Shown: positions 47,495-61,394, counted from the first letter of the whole stretch. The stretch: 63,941 nt of DNA, filler included, from Octopus bimaculoides (GCF_001194135.2; 6 parts of 6 records of this genome joined end to end with filler, not necessarily neighbours in it); one strand, 5' to 3'. Notes: generated by a model from the sequence alone, not told the origin. A program made the numbers and translations.

Positions 47495-50400
47495 TCCTGC
47501 AGGGTGTCCAACAACACCCTCCTCACCAAGCAAGCCTGGTGGGGTTGCCAGTTTAGTCACCAACAACCCGACCATGCGATAGGTTGTACTGGGTTACATC
47601 TTATCAGTAGCACTCAAGAACGACCTGACATAGGTTGGCAGAAACCTAAAAATGCACTTGTAACTTACTCTTAAAATGTCTCAAACAGATTCAGTAAATG
47701 GCAAAAGAGGCTCGGGAATGTCAGGGGAAGGTGTCCCAGTATATCACAGGCTGGGTCCGGTTGTCATCCTGCCACTATGGTCAAACAATCTTCAAGAAAA
47801 AGTATATGTAAACCTCCTTGGAATATTGACTGTTGAAATGTGTAAACACTTGATGATAATTTCAACTAGAGGCCAGAAAGGTATACTGCACTTATTGCAT
47901 GTAAGCTAAAGAAATATTCCCTTGATATTGTTGTGCTCTCTGAAACTTGTCTCTCTGGTGAGAGTCAAGTAAATGAACCTACTTATGGATATACTATCTT
48001 TTGGAGAGGCCTACCTAAGGGTCAGCTTAGAGAATTTGTTATTGTGTTTACTCTCAAGAATACATTTGTATCCTCCATTGCAGAGCTTCCAAGTGGTGTA
48101 TCTGGTCATGCCATATTAAATTGACAAAAAGTAGGTTTCTTACCGTTGTCAATATTTATGCACCAACAATGTCCCATTCTGATGAAACTAGGACAGTTTT
48201 ATGATGATCTAGTACAATTATTGAGGAAAGTACCAATTTCTGACAAGCTGGTCATATTGGGAGATTTCAACGCAAGATTTGGAAAGGACTATGTTTCATG
48301 GCCTGTCTTAGGTTGACATGGGATTGGAAAATATAATAAATATGGAGTAGCTCTTTTGATGTTTTATACTGAGATTAATCTGGTTGTCACCAACACTCTG
48401 TTTAAGCAGAAAAATAAATATAAAACCACCTGGATGCATTCAAGATCTAAGCACTGGCATCTCATAGATTATATTTTGATCAGAAAACGTGATATGAAAG
48501 ATGTTTCTAGCATTCGAGCCATGAGAGGAGCAGAGAGCTGGACTGACCATTGTCTAGTGCATGGAAAAATAGATTTTTTGATAATGCCTAAAAATCGACA
48601 GTGTGGTCTTAAGGTACCCAAAAAGTTAAATGTTGCAAACTTTAAATTATGAAGTAACTTGCAAAGATTTCACAATGCTATAGAAAGTATCAATCTTGAC
48701 CCAAACAATCTATGGGAAGATTTCAAAACAAAAGTATTTCAGGTTGCAAGTTCGTCAGTGGGATTTAAACCTCATAAATCCAGTGACTGGTTCTCAGGTA
48801 GATCAGCAGAAATTCATGATCTACTTTTAGGAAAACAAAACTTAGGCAATACTCTTCTTTCTCAGTCCTTGAACCCCCAACTCAAACGAAGGTTACAGAA
48901 AGCTGAAAAGGAAACTGCTCTAAGGAAAATTAAACAGGAATGGTAGAATGATAGAGCAAAAGGGGCACAAGAAGCAGCTGATATAAATGATGCCAAGGGT
49001 TTGTACTCTTATGTTAAGGAGGTATATGGCCCAAAATCTTCTTCAATAGCTCCAGTGAGAACAGCAAATGGACGTTTTCTTCTAACTGACACTGCTTCTA
49101 TTCATAAGCATTGGGTAGAACATTTTTCTGCACTTTTGAATAGACCATCATCTGCTGACATAAGAATGATAGAAAAAATCGAACACCTTCCAGTTATAGA
49201 AGAGATGGCATTTGAACCAACTCTAAACAAATAAGCAAAATAACAATAAGTCTCCAGGGTCTGATGGAATCTGTGCAGAAGTCTTGAAATATGGGGCTGA
49301 CAAAATGGTTGACCTCTTAAGTATATTAATTTGTCACTGTTGGAGAACTGAGAAAGTGCCTCAAGACTGGATTGATGCCATTTTAGTCTCCTTGTATAAA
49401 TTGGGGCCAAAGGATCTGTGTGGTAATTTTCGTGGGATTTTGCTTTTGTCTGTGGTTGGAAAGGTACTTGCCCGCATTTTGTTAGAACATTTAAATACCT
49501 TCATAGTTCCAAATATAGTTTTTGAGTCTCAGTGTTTTTGTCATTCCTGCAGGGGCACAGCTGATTATATCTTTACTATCAGACAATTACAAGAAAAGTG
49601 CATTGAACAGAATCTTGCTCTATATGATTGCTTTGTTGATTTGAGCAAAGCATTCGATACTGTTAATCAAAATGCTCTGTGGCTAATTCTAAGGAAAATA
49701 GGTTGCTCACAAAAATTTGTAAATGTGATCAGGGCTTTGCATCAAGGTATGAAAGCTAGAGTTAACTTTGGTGGTAGGCTCTCTGAATCTTTTGCCATGG
49801 AAAATGGGGTAAAGCAAGGAGACCTTGATGCATCCACCCTCTTTGTGATATACTTTGCTGTTATGTTGTCATGTGCTTTTCAAAACTCTGAGTAGGCTAT
49901 TTAAATAAAATATTGAACAGGGAATGTTTTTAATCTGACCAGACTGAAATTCAAAACAAAGGTTTTTACTTCACTCATTGGGGAACTTTTATACACTGAC
50001 GATTGCAATCTTGTAACCTTGCTAAAATTTTTGTCAAGTGTTAGTTACTTGAGGTTGTCGATTCATTCATCTACCTTGGAAGCTCTATACAAAATGATGC
50101 AAATATATCTGTGAATTCAAAGGGCAGCAAAAGCATTTGGTGGCATGGAGTCATGCATTTGGTGCAAGCAACATATAAATAAGAATGCAAAGCTGGCTTT
50201 TTACAAATCATTTGTCTTACCATCCGTTGTATTCTTGTAAAACATGGACTTGTTATGAAAAGCATTTTAAATTGTTAGAACAATTCTACCAAAAATGCCT
50301 TTATCACATTTTAAACATTAAATGGAGTTCTTTTACTCCAAACACAGATGTCCTTGCATTTACAGGTATCACTTCAATTAAAGCCATGATTTTGAGGAAC

Positions 50401-51050
50401 CAAATAAAATGGTGTGGCCATATTGTTCGAATGGCAAATGAATGCATGCCAAAACAGTTGTTTTATGGTGAGCTTGCAGAGGGGAAATGCTATTGGCATA
50501 AACCTAAAAAAAAAAAGCTTCAAGGACAGCATAGGGTCTACTATGGAATGAATCTAGAAGACATAGAAACCCTTGCTTTGGATTGAGATGGATGGTGAAC
50601 AAAGGTGTGGAGTGGAGTGAAAGCATTTGAAGAGGCCAGGATAACGCATGTATGACTTAAGGAAGAATATTATGATCGAGAAGGTGAATGAAAATTACCT
50701 TTTTCTGTGTACAGTTTGTGACAGACATTGCCTTTCTTTTGCTGGGCTCAAATCTCATTTGCCAACCTATGGAAAATGCACCTCCACCAACTATTCTGCC
50801 TATATGTCTGTGCACACCTTTGAATGCAATGTATGCCAGAAGGTTTGCAAATCTAATGGACGCCTCAAAAGACATTTTAAGATCCACAGAGATCAGAACT
50901 TAGCTGCAGCATTTGGTGGTTGAAATCGGATATGCAATCTATGTGGGTGTTTTTTCAGAACATTGTCTGGTTTAAAAAGCCACATCAGATGCCATGATGG
51001 TTCTAAGGTGTAGGTACAGGTGGTCAAACTCTGCATAAGGAGTAGACAAC
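47495..51050 (+). mobile_element. Near full-length decayed RTE-clade LINE with C-terminal C2H2 zinc fingers
   Basis: APE: RPERYTALIA..DIVVLSET, GYTIFWRG, ILGDFNAR, TWMHSRSKHWHLIDYIL, WTDHCLV; RT: DWIDA..LYK.G...CGNFRGILLLSVVGKVLARIL, FTIRQLQEKCIEQ, FVDLSKAFDTVN, NGVKQG, LYTDDC; three C-x2-C-x12-H-x3-H/Y units at ~50700-51000. Confidence 0.93.
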
Positions 51051-51054
51051 CACA

Positions 51055-51090
<36 letters not shown>

Positions 51091-51132
51091 CAATTTTTTT
51101 TTTTCTCCGTGTTTTTCTCCTTGTCTCCGTAT

Positions 51133-51169
51133 TCTTTCTGTTGAAGAGCGTAGCTCGAAACGTCAAAGA
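51133..51169 (+). ncRNA. Minimal type I hammerhead-like motif (core variant) in a Penelope-type repeat
   Basis: tcttt CTGTTGA a GAGC gta GCTC GAAA CG TC aaaga: stems I and II pair perfectly and stem III is palindromic ACGT; A6 is replaced by U and there is one extra A. Confidence 0.5.
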
Positions 51170-52933
51170 CTTTCCGTATTCCCGAGCGTCATACTAATAT
51201 ATACTTTTGTTATTTACNNNNNNNNNNNNNNNNNNNNNNNNNNNNNNNNNNNNNNNNNNNNTTAATTAATTAANNNNNNNNNNNNNNNNNNNNNNNNNNN
51301 NNNNNNNNNNNNNNNNNTGCAAGAACATCACCGTCAATCTTGTATGTCTTGGGATGTATGTATGTATGTATGCATGTATGTATGTATGTATGTATGTATG
51401 TATGTATGAATGTATGTGCATGTATGTGCATGTATGTATCTACATCTATCTAATACATGTTTAATCTACCTATTAGTAAGTCACTGATATTTCCCGCAGC
51501 GCATAATTAGAAAATATATAGATGTGCGAGTATTTCTATCAATGAACTTAATTACTAAATTAAAAGCATGTGTCCCGAGATGTTCGTGAAAAGAGAATTT
51601 AAAATATCGTGCTACGAATCAGCCCTTGTAGGATAACAATAGACTGTAAATAGACGGTTATTCAAACATGATAAAATTCTGTCTACGTGTCATTTACGCC
51701 CGCTGTGAATTAAATTGATTTACATTCCCGATTTTGACGATACTGAAGTATAGCAATTTATGAACGAAAATGTCAAATCGATTGAATCAACACCAGTGTA
51801 TTTCTGTGTCGTAATTGTATCCCTCCCCGCAGTGTTGGGAGTGGGGACAAATAAAATTCAGTTTAGTAAGAAGATAACCTTAGACCAAATATTTGAAATA
51901 CATTGGATATCGACGAGGACACTCAAGATGCGGGCCACAAATCGACTTTATCACCCGAGAAGAAAAGCTATCACTTCGAAGGTTTTTTAGGCAGCTTAAT
52001 TGTACCAAATACATTTCCCTTAAGGTTTTAGTCAAATAGTTAAGAGAGTAGAAGGCGTGCAATAGCTGGATCAAATCCAAAACAGAATGGTTGCGATGAA
52101 AGGGACTTCCTTACCACAATCAAGTCTCCGAGCAAGCTTATTATATTACTTATATTTTGTACTACACCAACATATCCATCACAATCATGGAAACTTACGC
52201 AGACACGCACATATACATATAAATATATACATATATACATCACGTTGCTTTAATTCACTCAAATGCGAAAATGAGTTGCCACGTCACAGGTGCCAAGCTG
52301 TATCGGCCTTTGCCTTTCCTTTGGATAACATCGGTGGCATGAAGAGAAGAAGCTGGTATGCATGGGCGACTGGTGGTCTTTCATAAACAAATTTGCCCGG
52401 AGTGTGCCTAGGAGGGTAACTTTCTAGGTGCAATCTCATAGTCATTTATGATCGAAAGAAGTCTTTACATTTTTTGAAGTATAATATATATTATATATAN
52501 NNNNNNNNNNNNNNNNNNNNNNNNNNNNNNNNNNNNNNNNNNNNNNNNNNNNNNNNNNNNNNNNNNNNNNNNNNNNNNNNNNNNNNNNNNNNNNNNNNNN
52601 NNNNNNNNNNNNNNNNNNNNNNNNNNNNNNNNNNNNNNNNNNNNNNNNNNNNNNNNNNNNNNNNNNNNNNNNNNNNNNNNNNNNNNNNNNNNNNNNNNNN
52701 NNNNNNNNNNNNNNNNNNNNNNNNNNNNNNNNNNNNNNNNNNNNNNNNNNNNNNNNNNNNNNNNNNNNNNNNNNNNNNNNNNNNNNNNNNNNNNNNNNNN
52801 NNNNNNNNNNNNNNNNNNNNNNNNNNNNNNNNNNNNNNNNNNNNNNNNNNNNNNNNNNNNNNNNNNNNNNNNNNNNNNNNNNNNNNNNNNNNNNNNNNNN
52901 NNNNNNNNNNNNNNNNNNNNNNNNNNNNNNNNN

Positions 52934-52969
<36 letters not shown>

Positions 52970-53714
52970 TGTGTGTGTGTGTGTGTTTGTGTGTGTGTAT
53001 GTGTGTGAATGTGTGTGTATGTGTGTGTGTGCGCGTGTGTGTGCATGTGTGTGTGTGTGTGTGTGTACAAACTATAAAAAAATTAGGAGGTATCAGAGAT
53101 GAATATATTTATTTAACCACTTGTTATTCTTAGGATTGTGGCCATTTCATATCCTTCTTCACTTCATGTAATAATAATTTCAATGTATAATAAATTATGT
53201 TTACGTGTCTCCACGAATATTAATGTTATGCATTATACATTACAGCTATGTACTTACAGATCATTGTAGATAAAGTAAGCCAGCTCATAAAAGCACCGGA
53301 AGTCGATGTTATACTCCTGTGTATTGGGTTATTATGTGGTATGTTAGCCGAGTGCGCTAGAGGGGCTTCTTATCATAGCCACCTGATTCGACGAACCCAT
53401 TTATTATATGTACAGAATCCAACTAAATCAGGTCCTTAAATAGTGAAACACTAAGGTCAATGAAATTGCTATCATGCACAAAACAAAATTAGAGAAACAT
53501 AAATGCACATACTGAAGTAAAGACGGATGTATATTGCAGTTGACATACCATCACAAACATTCGACTGAATAAACCACGATCTCCAGGCTGTACCTAGGTA
53601 CAAACACTGCAGCAATTGTACTGCGCTCGATAGACTCCAGGTCCAGCCTAATTGCGGGTGCGAATAAGGTGACTAATAACAACAAATAACAAATCCATCT
53701 GTTGTTATTTGCTT

Positions 53715-53747
<33 letters not shown>

Positions 53748-53750
<3 letters not shown>

Positions 53751-54525
53751 CGATGCGCATTCCAGAAGTTTTTCAGACATTATTATTGATTATTATTCAT
53801 TTAGGATATCATTACTATACATCTAATAAGCTGAGATGCCAACTTTTGTTATCCTAGCTTGAAGGACTCGACTGTAACGGCACGTTTATCGTACACTGCT
53901 AAACACTGCTTTTTACCGATGACTAGTCTGCAGAATAAAGATGAGGCAGGCGGACAATCTTGAGGCTCGCTTTGTAATAAAGTGTTACGTTAAACAAGGC
54001 AACTAACAGCACAGAAATGTATGAAATGCTCAAGGTTACTTATAGATTAACTCGTATAATGTGAGTGTGTGTTTTTCGCTTGGACAAGAAGACGAGCAAA
54101 GCAAGTCCACCAGGAAAGTCATGATAATATCCCTTTTCGACAGCAAGGGCATCATTTATATCCACTGGGTTTTCTCTCACAAGATGGTCAAGAAGAAGTA
54201 CTTTATGGAGTTTTTTTAAGAAAACGGCAAGACCACATCTACCACAACAGCGCACCTATTCACATTTATATCCTGGAAGCCAAGTACTTCGCAGAGATGG
54301 GTATCAAAACTTTCCCTTACACATCTTACAATCCAGACCTCGCTTTCTGTGAGTTTCGGTTGTTTCCCAAGCTAAAGTAGAAGATGGAGGCGATGATAAA
54401 AGGCCTGAACACTGGCGCATTCACAAACCAGTACGAGCACTACAACAAATGCATTGAAATCGTATCTTACTTCTTAGAAATTAATGAATTTCTCTCCTGA
54501 AATGCTTCAGGAATGCTTCTTGTGT
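53748..54525 (+). mobile_element. Internally deleted mariner transposon remnant
   Basis: EARFVIKCYVKQG..TEMYEML; KSTRKVMIISLFDSKGII; HNSAPIH; SYNPDLAFCEFRLFPKLK; decayed TIRs next to (TA)n. Confidence 0.8.
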
Positions 54526-54589
54526 ATAGTATATAGTACAAAGTATAAGGAATAATAATTATGTACACAAGAAAAAGTATATTTCTATG

Positions 54590-54642
<53 letters not shown>

Positions 54643-55141
54643 NNNNNNNNNNNNACATACATACATATTCTTGTATGGCTCACATATTGTCCTTTGTTTA
54701 AGTATAGTTCAACAATGTAATATTATATAATAGTGTAGAATGCTAGACGTTCATAAAATAAATATTATAACTATTATATTCCAGCGTGGTACTTGTTTGG
54801 TAATCTGAGATCATGTGTTGAAACTGAAACAATTACTTTTTAGAAAAGTCATGATACCCATTTAACACAGACACACACACAGACACACACACAGACACAA
54901 ACACACACACACACACACACAGACACACACAGACACACACACACACACACATACACACACACACACACACACAAACACACACACGCACGTACTTATGTAC
55001 ACATAGATTTGCCATTATTTTAACTTTTCTTAATTTTGTCACTCTACATAACACTATCACGAACTGTAACAAAATTGAATATAACACGGTATATGTGTTT
55101 AAGATATAAGATTATAAAATATAAACTATATATACATACAT

Positions 55142-55176
<35 letters not shown>

Positions 55177-55506
55177 CACACACACATACACACACACATA
55201 TATATATATATATATACATATGTATATATATATAGAGAGAGAGATAGATAGATATATATGTATAAGTATATATGTATAAGTATATATGTATACACATATG
55301 TATGCATACACATGCATATATANNNNNNNNNNNNNNNNNNNNNNNNNNNNNNNNNNNNNNNNNNNNNNNNNNNNNNNNNNNNNNNNNNNNNNNNNNNNNN
55401 NNNNNNNNNNNNNNNNNNNNNNNNNNNNNNNNNNNNNNNNNNNNNNNNNNNNNNNNNNNNNNNNNNNNNNNNNNNNNNNNNNNNNNNNNNNNNNNNNNNN
55501 NNNNNN

Positions 55507-55553
<47 letters not shown>

Positions 55554-55911
55554 TGAGTAGAATGAAACATTCATGAAACACAATAGAAACTAGATAATAT
55601 TAACTCGTGTACATGACTATTCCGGAACTAAAATATATTACCATTGACAAGGAACAAGGAACGAAAATATATAATCTTAAGAAAGAAGAACAAATAATAC
55701 TATCTTTAATATATCATTACACTGATATCCGCATACATACGAACGCACATGCTTGCATACATACACACACGCGCACACACACAGACCCTCTCTCCCTCTC
55801 TCACTCACACGCACATACACAGGTATATATATGTGTATGTCTATATATGTATATCTACCAATCTGTCTACATGTTTGTGTATCTATCTGTCTGTCTGTCT
55901 ATCGATCTTTG

Positions 55912-55954
<43 letters not shown>

Positions 55955-56678
55955 GTCTATGATTATGTCGTAGAATGTTGAATTTATAACCAAGCGGAGA
56001 CCTGACGAGTTTCTACAAACGCCTCCGTGGAGAGATGTTTAAATATTAATGAGGATATACACTATAGAGAATAAAGTACCACTGTTCGTATTTCTGTATC
56101 ATTCCAGTTTCACAATACTTAATGTTTTATACATATTTATATTACACTTATCTATGGCATAAATTTATATATAATGTATTCCCAATATTTTGTACCAGAA
56201 AATTTAAGATAGTCGAAACATGCTTCTACAAAGGACAGAACAGAATATTTAACTTTAAATTTGAACCCGTTTCATACGTATAAACTGCCTAAAAAACATC
56301 GGTTGAACTCAAAATTTCGCCCTTTCCTTTCACTGAGCAAAAGATAATTACTTTTAGCAATATATAAAGAAATCGAAGGGGAGTATTCTTTTTTCTTGCT
56401 GGTGAATAAGCCCGACATAAGAATGATGCACAAATTTCCATATTTATAGAGAGGAGACCTGACTACATTGTAAATTAATTCTAATGCACACAAGATGTTG
56501 GTTTTATTCTCAACAAGCAAGCTTTCACTTGTTCGAATTAACCGCTCCGGTGAAAAACACATATATACATCTACATATATGCATGCAGTATATATTGCTC
56601 ACATGTATGAATATATATCTGTGTGTGTGTAGGTATATATATATATGTATGTGTGCGTGTATATATCTATACATATAC

Positions 56679-56709
<31 letters not shown>

Positions 56710-56960
56710 NNNNNNNNNNNNNNNNNNNNNNNNNNNNNNNNNNNNNNNNNNNNNNNNNNNNNNNNNNNNNNNNNNNNNNNNNNNNNNNNNNNNNNNNNNN
56801 NNNNNNNNNNNNNNNNNNNNNNNNNNNNNNNNNNNNNNNNNNNNNNNNNNNNNNNNNNNNNNNNNNNNNNNNNNNNNNNNNNNNNNNNNNNNNNNNNNNN
56901 NNNNNNNNNNNNNNNNNNNNNNNNNNNNNNNNNNNNNNNNNNNNNNNNNNNNNNNNNNNN

Positions 56961-56999
<39 letters not shown>

Positions 57000-57004
<5 letters not shown>

Positions 57005-58145
57005 ATTTGGGGATGGTAGTGTTACTAATTTATCCAATGAAAACACACGCACTTTATATTTGGTGTTCACTTGCTTCAGATTTATTTCATATTAATACTA
57101 TTTCGGTCAGAGTTCTTTCTCCACACTTCTGTGACCTCATTAGTGGTCTTTTGCTTTCTTCTTGCATTTTTGTGTCTCTCCTTCCTAACGATCTACCATC
57201 TCGTGTTCTCGTTGTATGTATTTCTTTTTGCGCATGCGTATATCCCTGTGTGTGTATCTATGTCTGGTAAGTGTGTGTGTGAATGTGTATGGTACCTGCA
57301 TTATCAGTATCTCCTGTTTATTCACGATCATTTAGTTTAATGCAATTTATTTGTTTGTATCTACATATTTTTCATTTGTTCTTTTGTATCAATTTAATTT
57401 AGTTTAATTTATTATAATTTGATTATGTATTTAACTATTTAATTACATTTATTCTTCTGTCTATTGTATTAGATTATCGGAACCTTATTCTGTCATAGGT
57501 TGTGGTGTGTGGGTGTGTGTGTGCTAGTGTTCCATTCTAGTTTTCTATTAAGGCTAGGTTCCTCTTGTATTATGTCTGCAGCTTCCGTAATTTGTCTAAG
57601 CGTTGCGGCCGTTCTATGTGTGGACATGATTTTAACTTCTATTTTGTTGAGTGAGTCCCTGTGTTCCCGCTCGGCGTACTGGTATAGAACCGATGACCTC
57701 GTCTCTTCCTTAAGTTCCCTCCAATGTTCATTTACCCGCTCTCATGTTCCGTGCTCTCTTCACTACGTACGTCGTTGCCGTGTTTCTATAGACTACATTC
57801 CTAGCTTTACAGATTGTTTGTGGGTTAAATCTACATACCACACAGTTCCTATCAGTACATGAGTTCTATTAAAAGGGTAGGTTCTAACAATTAAGGATAG
57901 ACACATGGATATACGCCTGTACAAATAAAAACACATACAACAGGAATACAAAATGGTAGTAGATCGTTATGAAAGAGAGATACAAAAAAGAAAGAAGAAA
58001 GCAAAGGACCACTGATGAGGTCACAGAAGTGTGACGAAAGAACACTGGCCGAAATGCAATTAATATGAAATAAAGCTGAAACAAGTGAACGCCAAATATA
58101 TACTACGTGTGTTGTCACTGGCTAAATTGGTAACACATCTCCAAA
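57000..58145 (-). mobile_element. Penelope-like element fragment: GIY-YIG endonuclease end between inverted pseudo-LTRs
   Basis: Minus strand 57830->57500: ICKARNVVYR..TYV.. RVNEH..SSVLYQYAEREH..EVKIM..RQITEAADIIQEEPSLNRKLEW; 57000-57270 and 57895-58145 are ~80% identical inverted copies. Confidence 0.85.
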
Positions 58146-58374
58146 TATAACAATATAAAGGCCATGCCACATCTTCTCACCTTTTCTCCTCAAAGTCTTA
58201 GGGTCAATTCGAGAGCTTAAATCGGGACAACGGGGACAGTTGTCAAGCCCTAAATCGAGTCAGTTGCTCGGGGGGAGGGGGGTTGCCGTACGTGTAGCAG
58301 CACGACTCTGCTACCCAGCCTGCAGAACCCTGGACTGGGTGATTAAAAATTTTTATGATAATGTTTCATCAACA

Positions 58375-58700
58375 TTTGGCCTCCTAGCTCTCCTGATTTA
58401 AACTATATCATTGTAGGCAGTCATCGACAAGCAACTTCAATATGCGCAATACCAAAGATTCAGTGACGTCTACTATAGTAGTTCTTATGAGCAACAAGTA
58501 TAATTTTCACTTGATCAACGTATTATGTCGTCGTTTTAGAAGGCGTATGGAGGTAGTGATTGATAATGATGGTGATTTTATTGAATGGCATTTTGTGTAT
58601 GTAATATCCGTACCAAATTCTACAAACACACGTTCGTTTCTCTAATGAATATTTTTGTTTTCCTTCATTTAAATTTTGTGTTCCCAATGAATTCATTAAT
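58375..58700 (+). mobile_element. 3' fragment of a maT/Tc1-type transposase
   Basis: PPSSPDLN..NTKDSV....LCRRFRRRMEVVIDNDGDFIE, homologous to the C-terminus at 27000-27200. Confidence 0.7.
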
Positions 58701-58755
58701 AATTCATTGGGAATATGAACACACACACACAAACACACACACACATACACACACA

Positions 58756-58802
<47 letters not shown>

Positions 58803-59098
58803 ACACAAACACACACACATACACACACGTACACAAGTTATGAATTTCTGTTGCAAGATTCCTGATGTCGGACCGTTGAAAGAAGTATTGTTATATTTCG
58901 GGGTGGTAATATTTTTGTTNNNNNNNNNNNNNNNNNNNNNNNNNNNNNNNNNNNNNNNNNNNNNNNNNNNNNNNNNNNNNNNNNNNNNNNNNNNNNNNNN
59001 NNNNNNNNNNNNNNNNNNNNNNNNNNNNNNNNNNNNNNNNNNNNATATATATATATATATATATATATATAATTCAGAGAGTTGAGTAGATAAAAATC

Positions 59099-59442
59099 GA
59101 GGGTACATATATTTCCTAGCAACCAGATCGTCAGAAGTAATAATTACTCAACGAGGTGTACTGTACTACGTACTCATCAGACCAAAGATATCTTATTTAT
59201 ATGATGGTTACATTATCGTTAAGAAATCCGAAGTTGACTCGCTCGAAAAATAGTTTAAAATTCTAATAAGAGTCACAATTTGTAATTATATCTACGGCGA
59301 TTTAACTTGAAGGTCCTTAACGACAATGTAACCTTCATATAATAAACATATCTTCGGCCTAATGAACAACGAATAGAATATTCCCTGTAGAGTAATTATT
59401 GCTTCCGAGGTTTTGCTAACTAGGAAACATATGTAGCTTGGA
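59099..59442. mobile_element. Diverged foldback element (~130-bp arms)
   Basis: 59099-59230 vs reverse complement of 59310-59442, e.g. gatatcttatttatatgatggttacattatcgttaag / cttaacgacaatgtaaccttcatataataaacatatc. Confidence 0.7.
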
Positions 59443-59688
59443 TTATATCTGCTCCACTCCTTCAATTTTGGATATTTATTGGCATCCATTACAACCCTAG
59501 CAAAATATTTTTTACCGAATTTCGAATATAAGCATATCGAATTTCGATATGGGATAAGCCAGAAGCTTCTACGTCAATAAACTACTATTGTCTCTGAAAC
59601 TTGTTTTTATATGCGAATTGCTTGAAGCTTACTAACTTGCCATACCTAGCTCCTTGGATCTTACAATTACACATACACACATACATAG

Positions 59689-59766
<78 letters not shown>

Positions 59767-61299
59767 CAATTTTCCTTAATTGATATACTAATTTATGAAT
59801 TCAAATGCAGGTGTTTAAAGGGGACAAACACTTCATGAAAATTATCTGAAAATTGAATTGAGGCATGTAATGGAAAGGGAACCCGATAATTGATACTTAC
59901 GATTAAAGTGCAAATATATTTAACATATTTCAGTTATATTAATAGCCTTCGGCAAATGATTTAAAATTAAATTTAGTACATTTTTAGATGTAATTGTATA
60001 AGCAATACAGTTAAAAAGGAAATTAAACTATCACACATAGCTTAGGGCTATTATTTACGTGCTTTCTTCACTGATAAGTGTCACCTGATTAGCTATGAAA
60101 ATATTCTTTTATTCTATCAGCCTGTACTGTTGTAACTTAAACCGATTTTCTTTAAACATTATTCTTTTAAATTGTCGCTCTGTCAACTGTTGTTGTCTGA
60201 GGTTTCTAATGTTTCGATCCCGTATAATTCCAATTTTATTGCTGTGGATAAGAGCAAGGTAGCTGAATCCCTGTCTAGATTCCTAAGTTTTTCCCTTTTA
60301 TTTTTTGATTTTATTGAATTTATAATTCCCTGCCTAAATGTAAAGAAACATGCAAAGCATCGATTACTATTGTATTCGTGGTTACATTTATGTTAAGATG
60401 TCTTATTTTCAAATTACTGATTATGTCTGTTGGAAATCCTTTCTAACTTGTGTTCATTGGTGTTGTGTATGATAGATTAGCCTTTGTATTTGTACAATCC
60501 TGTATATCAGGAATTAAATCTTAGATTCAGAATGGTAGCATGAATAATTCTAGGCGAACATAATTCTCACACCATACTGACAAGAAAATTTAGTTTTTCC
60601 TTATGCCACATATTTATTACGAAAGCGATATTTTCAGGAAAGCCCAATAGTCAATATATCGTCGTTCTGATACGACATACATTTCTAAATTCTTGTGTCT
60701 TAAAGAGTATATTAGACATTGAATATACAAACGGAAAATGTCGAACAAATTGAATGCATACCTATTTTATTGTTTAAGATTACTAAACGACAGCGCTCAT
60801 ACAAATTCATTGTGGTGAACTTCTGGCTTTTTAAATTTTATTGTCAATGATAGATACATTATATTAGGTTACACACGCAACTTTGCACTTAAGAAAGTAA
60901 ATAAATCTGCACTTAGTGGTATAAGTGAAAAATGTTATACGTTCTTTTAACGTTATATAGGATTTAGCTAAGCAATAATTTCTTATATACTTTCAACCTT
61001 AATGTTACGATTCTGCATTGTCCTTGCTGTTAAAGTCGCCATGAACGTTAGTTTTCGGTTTGATGTATTTCAACATAGAATGCTGATATCCACGGCTTTA
61101 GTATAAGTGTCTCTATCTAATTCGCACCTTTTCTCTTTAGTGGAAGGACGTCATAATTTAGCACGACTAGATTTTCTCTAGTAGGGTGACGTACTTCTTA
61201 ATTTTCTGTCTGAAATTGTTTGTTTCTATACTTTATAAATCTTATAGTATTGACTAACTGTAGCACTTCCGTTTTAAAGCATTATTGTATGCACACACA

Positions 61300-61341
<42 letters not shown>

Positions 61342-61394
61342 CGCACACGCACACACACACACATAGTATATTGTATATATCTAATATTTATGCA

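Noticed and set aside
47495-47650. Possible HDV-like ribozyme in the RTE 5' UTR (cctcctcacc motif)
   Set aside because: I could fold only independent hairpins, not the nested double pseudoknot; a descriptor search would be needed.
55990-56032. ggagac CTGACGA g tttcta c aaa cgcctcc, resembling a hammerhead
   Set aside because: It lacks G12 and the UH cleavage triplet, so it cannot be called functional.
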